Source of the DNA: a virus
Taxonomy: Duplodnaviria; Caudoviricetes
Direction: 5' to 3' (one strand)
Virus record (IMG/VR): IMGVR_UViG_3300032397_000016
Span: 1 to 55,779 of that record
DNA: 55,779 nucleotides
This document shows, piece by piece, positions 54,750 through 55,779 of the stretch. Both the position numbers and the translations under genes were made by a program. Numbering within the stretch: the first letter of the stretch is position 1; each line of letters opens with the position of its first letter. Under the pieces are notes generated by a model that saw only the letters and a list, made by a program, of their open reading frames with translations, made no database searches and was not told where the DNA came from.

Positions 54750-55538
54750 ATGCCCGACCCGACTCCAATGCTCGACGGCTCCCCAATAGAGAAGTGGGAC
54801 GGCGACAATGGAACCAATTTTGAGATTCAGTACCCCGTTCCTTGGGCCGACCGCCACTCGTTCACCCCGCCCGAAATGACTGGATATGTTGTTAGCGCCA
54901 AGGAGACTACTGGTAGGGGGCGTGTTGGTGGTGAGGTCGTCGGCGACATGATGTTGGCGACGTACGAGCAAGCCATCATCGCGTGTACATATTCCCCGTT
55001 AGCACCCGGTGGCGGTGGCGGCGGTGGAATAAACCCGGAGTGGACATTCGACAAGTCATGGAGTGATGAGATTATCCAGGTAGGTCCACTTTATGGCAAA
55101 AAAGAGAGCGCTAGTTCTCCGGACATTATTTTGGAAGAGGGCGCGCCCATTCTTGTTCCGAAATGTGAGTGGACGGTAACACATTTGCAAACGGCGCCCT
55201 CAGGTCCGGGCTACCCGAAAACGGCGATTGCCGCGGCCAGAGGTCATATCAATAATGCCGTGTTTCAAGGTGTGCCATTAGGATGGGTACTCTTTCACGG
55301 TGTGGCCACTCGGGGTACTGCCGCCTACGACAAGACCAAGATAGACATAACATACAGATTTACGGAGGGTCCGCGCGATTTCCGCATGAGGTTCTTTGCG
55401 AGCAAAGGTGAATGGCTTTATGTGTACAACGGAAGCGCCAGCGACGTGGAGAAGGCATCGCTAGACCCTCCCGGACCTGGTAAAAGTATATATGACACTG
55501 CCGACTTTGGGGCGTTAGGAGTTCCAACACTCCCATGA
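54750..55538 (+). CDS. Distal tail / tail tip protein (putative)
   Basis: Follows the TMP; G.IN...F.G...G.VLF.G and IY..ADF..LG. Confidence 0.55.
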   Translation: MPDPTPMLDGSPIEKWDGDNGTNFEIQYPVPWADRHSFTPPEMTGYVVSAKETTGRGRVGGEVVGDMMLATYEQAIIACTYSPLAPGGGGGGGINPEWTFDKSWSDEIIQVGPLYGKKESASSPDIILEEGAPILVPKCEWTVTHLQTAPSGPGYPKTAIAAARGHINNAVFQGVPLGWVLFHGVATRGTAAYDKTKIDITYRFTEGPRDFRMRFFASKGEWLYVYNGSASDVEKASLDPPGPGKSIYDTADFGALGVPTLP

Positions 55539-55779
55539 GACCCGGACCTTATCCTAGATACACGGGCCACAACGCCCTAAGCGCGAAGCACCTGAACGAC
55601 CAGAGCGCTACGGTTGAGGCGTTGGCCAGGAGTTTTACGACCGGTCCGATTGGAACGAGTCTACATAGAACGAGTGGTGGAGCACTCACATCAATTCCCA
55701 TACCTACCTCATCTGGGCGCGTTTTTGGTGCTATCGTCCGCGAGCGGTATGACGTGGTCGGTGTTCTGATTCCAGACGA
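55535..55779 (+). CDS. N-terminal part of the tail protein that continues at base 1
   Basis: ATGA overlap; MRPGPYPRYTGHNALSAKHLN...; open to the window end. Confidence 0.65.
   Translation, partial: MRPGPYPRYTGHNALSAKHLNDQSATVEALARSFTTGPIGTSLHRTSGGALTSIPIPTSSGRVFGAIVRERYDVVGVLIPD

Overview
The window reads as one tailed dsDNA phage genome, probably complete and circularly permuted: an ORF starting at 55535 runs off the end and continues in frame through base 1 into 77..994. It has an early operon (DUF3150-like, MoxR-type AAA, HExxH/VWA protein) behind a consensus sigma70 promoter and a structured leader. It also has a large replication/recombination set (primase, DnaB, SNF2 helicase, beta clamp, UDG-PolA fusion, DnaX, gp32-like SSB, RecA, resolvase, SbcCD), many small accessory genes, a Mu/lambda-type head module and a short tail module with no sheath gene. 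I recognised no integrase, repressor, endolysin, tRNA, CRISPR array or reverse transcriptase. The standout is the head module. The portal is a 1255-aa polyprotein (portal + ADP-ribosyltransferase + type IB topoisomerase + second ART-like domain), followed by a 774-aa protein with two zinc-peptidase modules. Each of these five enzyme cargoes is preceded by the same ~20-aa leader, (L/A)xLA-G(F/Y)DPSQxRDxxG(R/K)W. I infer a protease-processed, capsid-loaded, modular effector-delivery system. Other signals: a covarying repeated RNA element before early genes, a short-spacer promoter motif with a sigma-like gene, an RVxL peptide motif at many protein termini, and strong GATC/AGCT avoidance. All family assignments are from motif recognition by eye; no searches were run.
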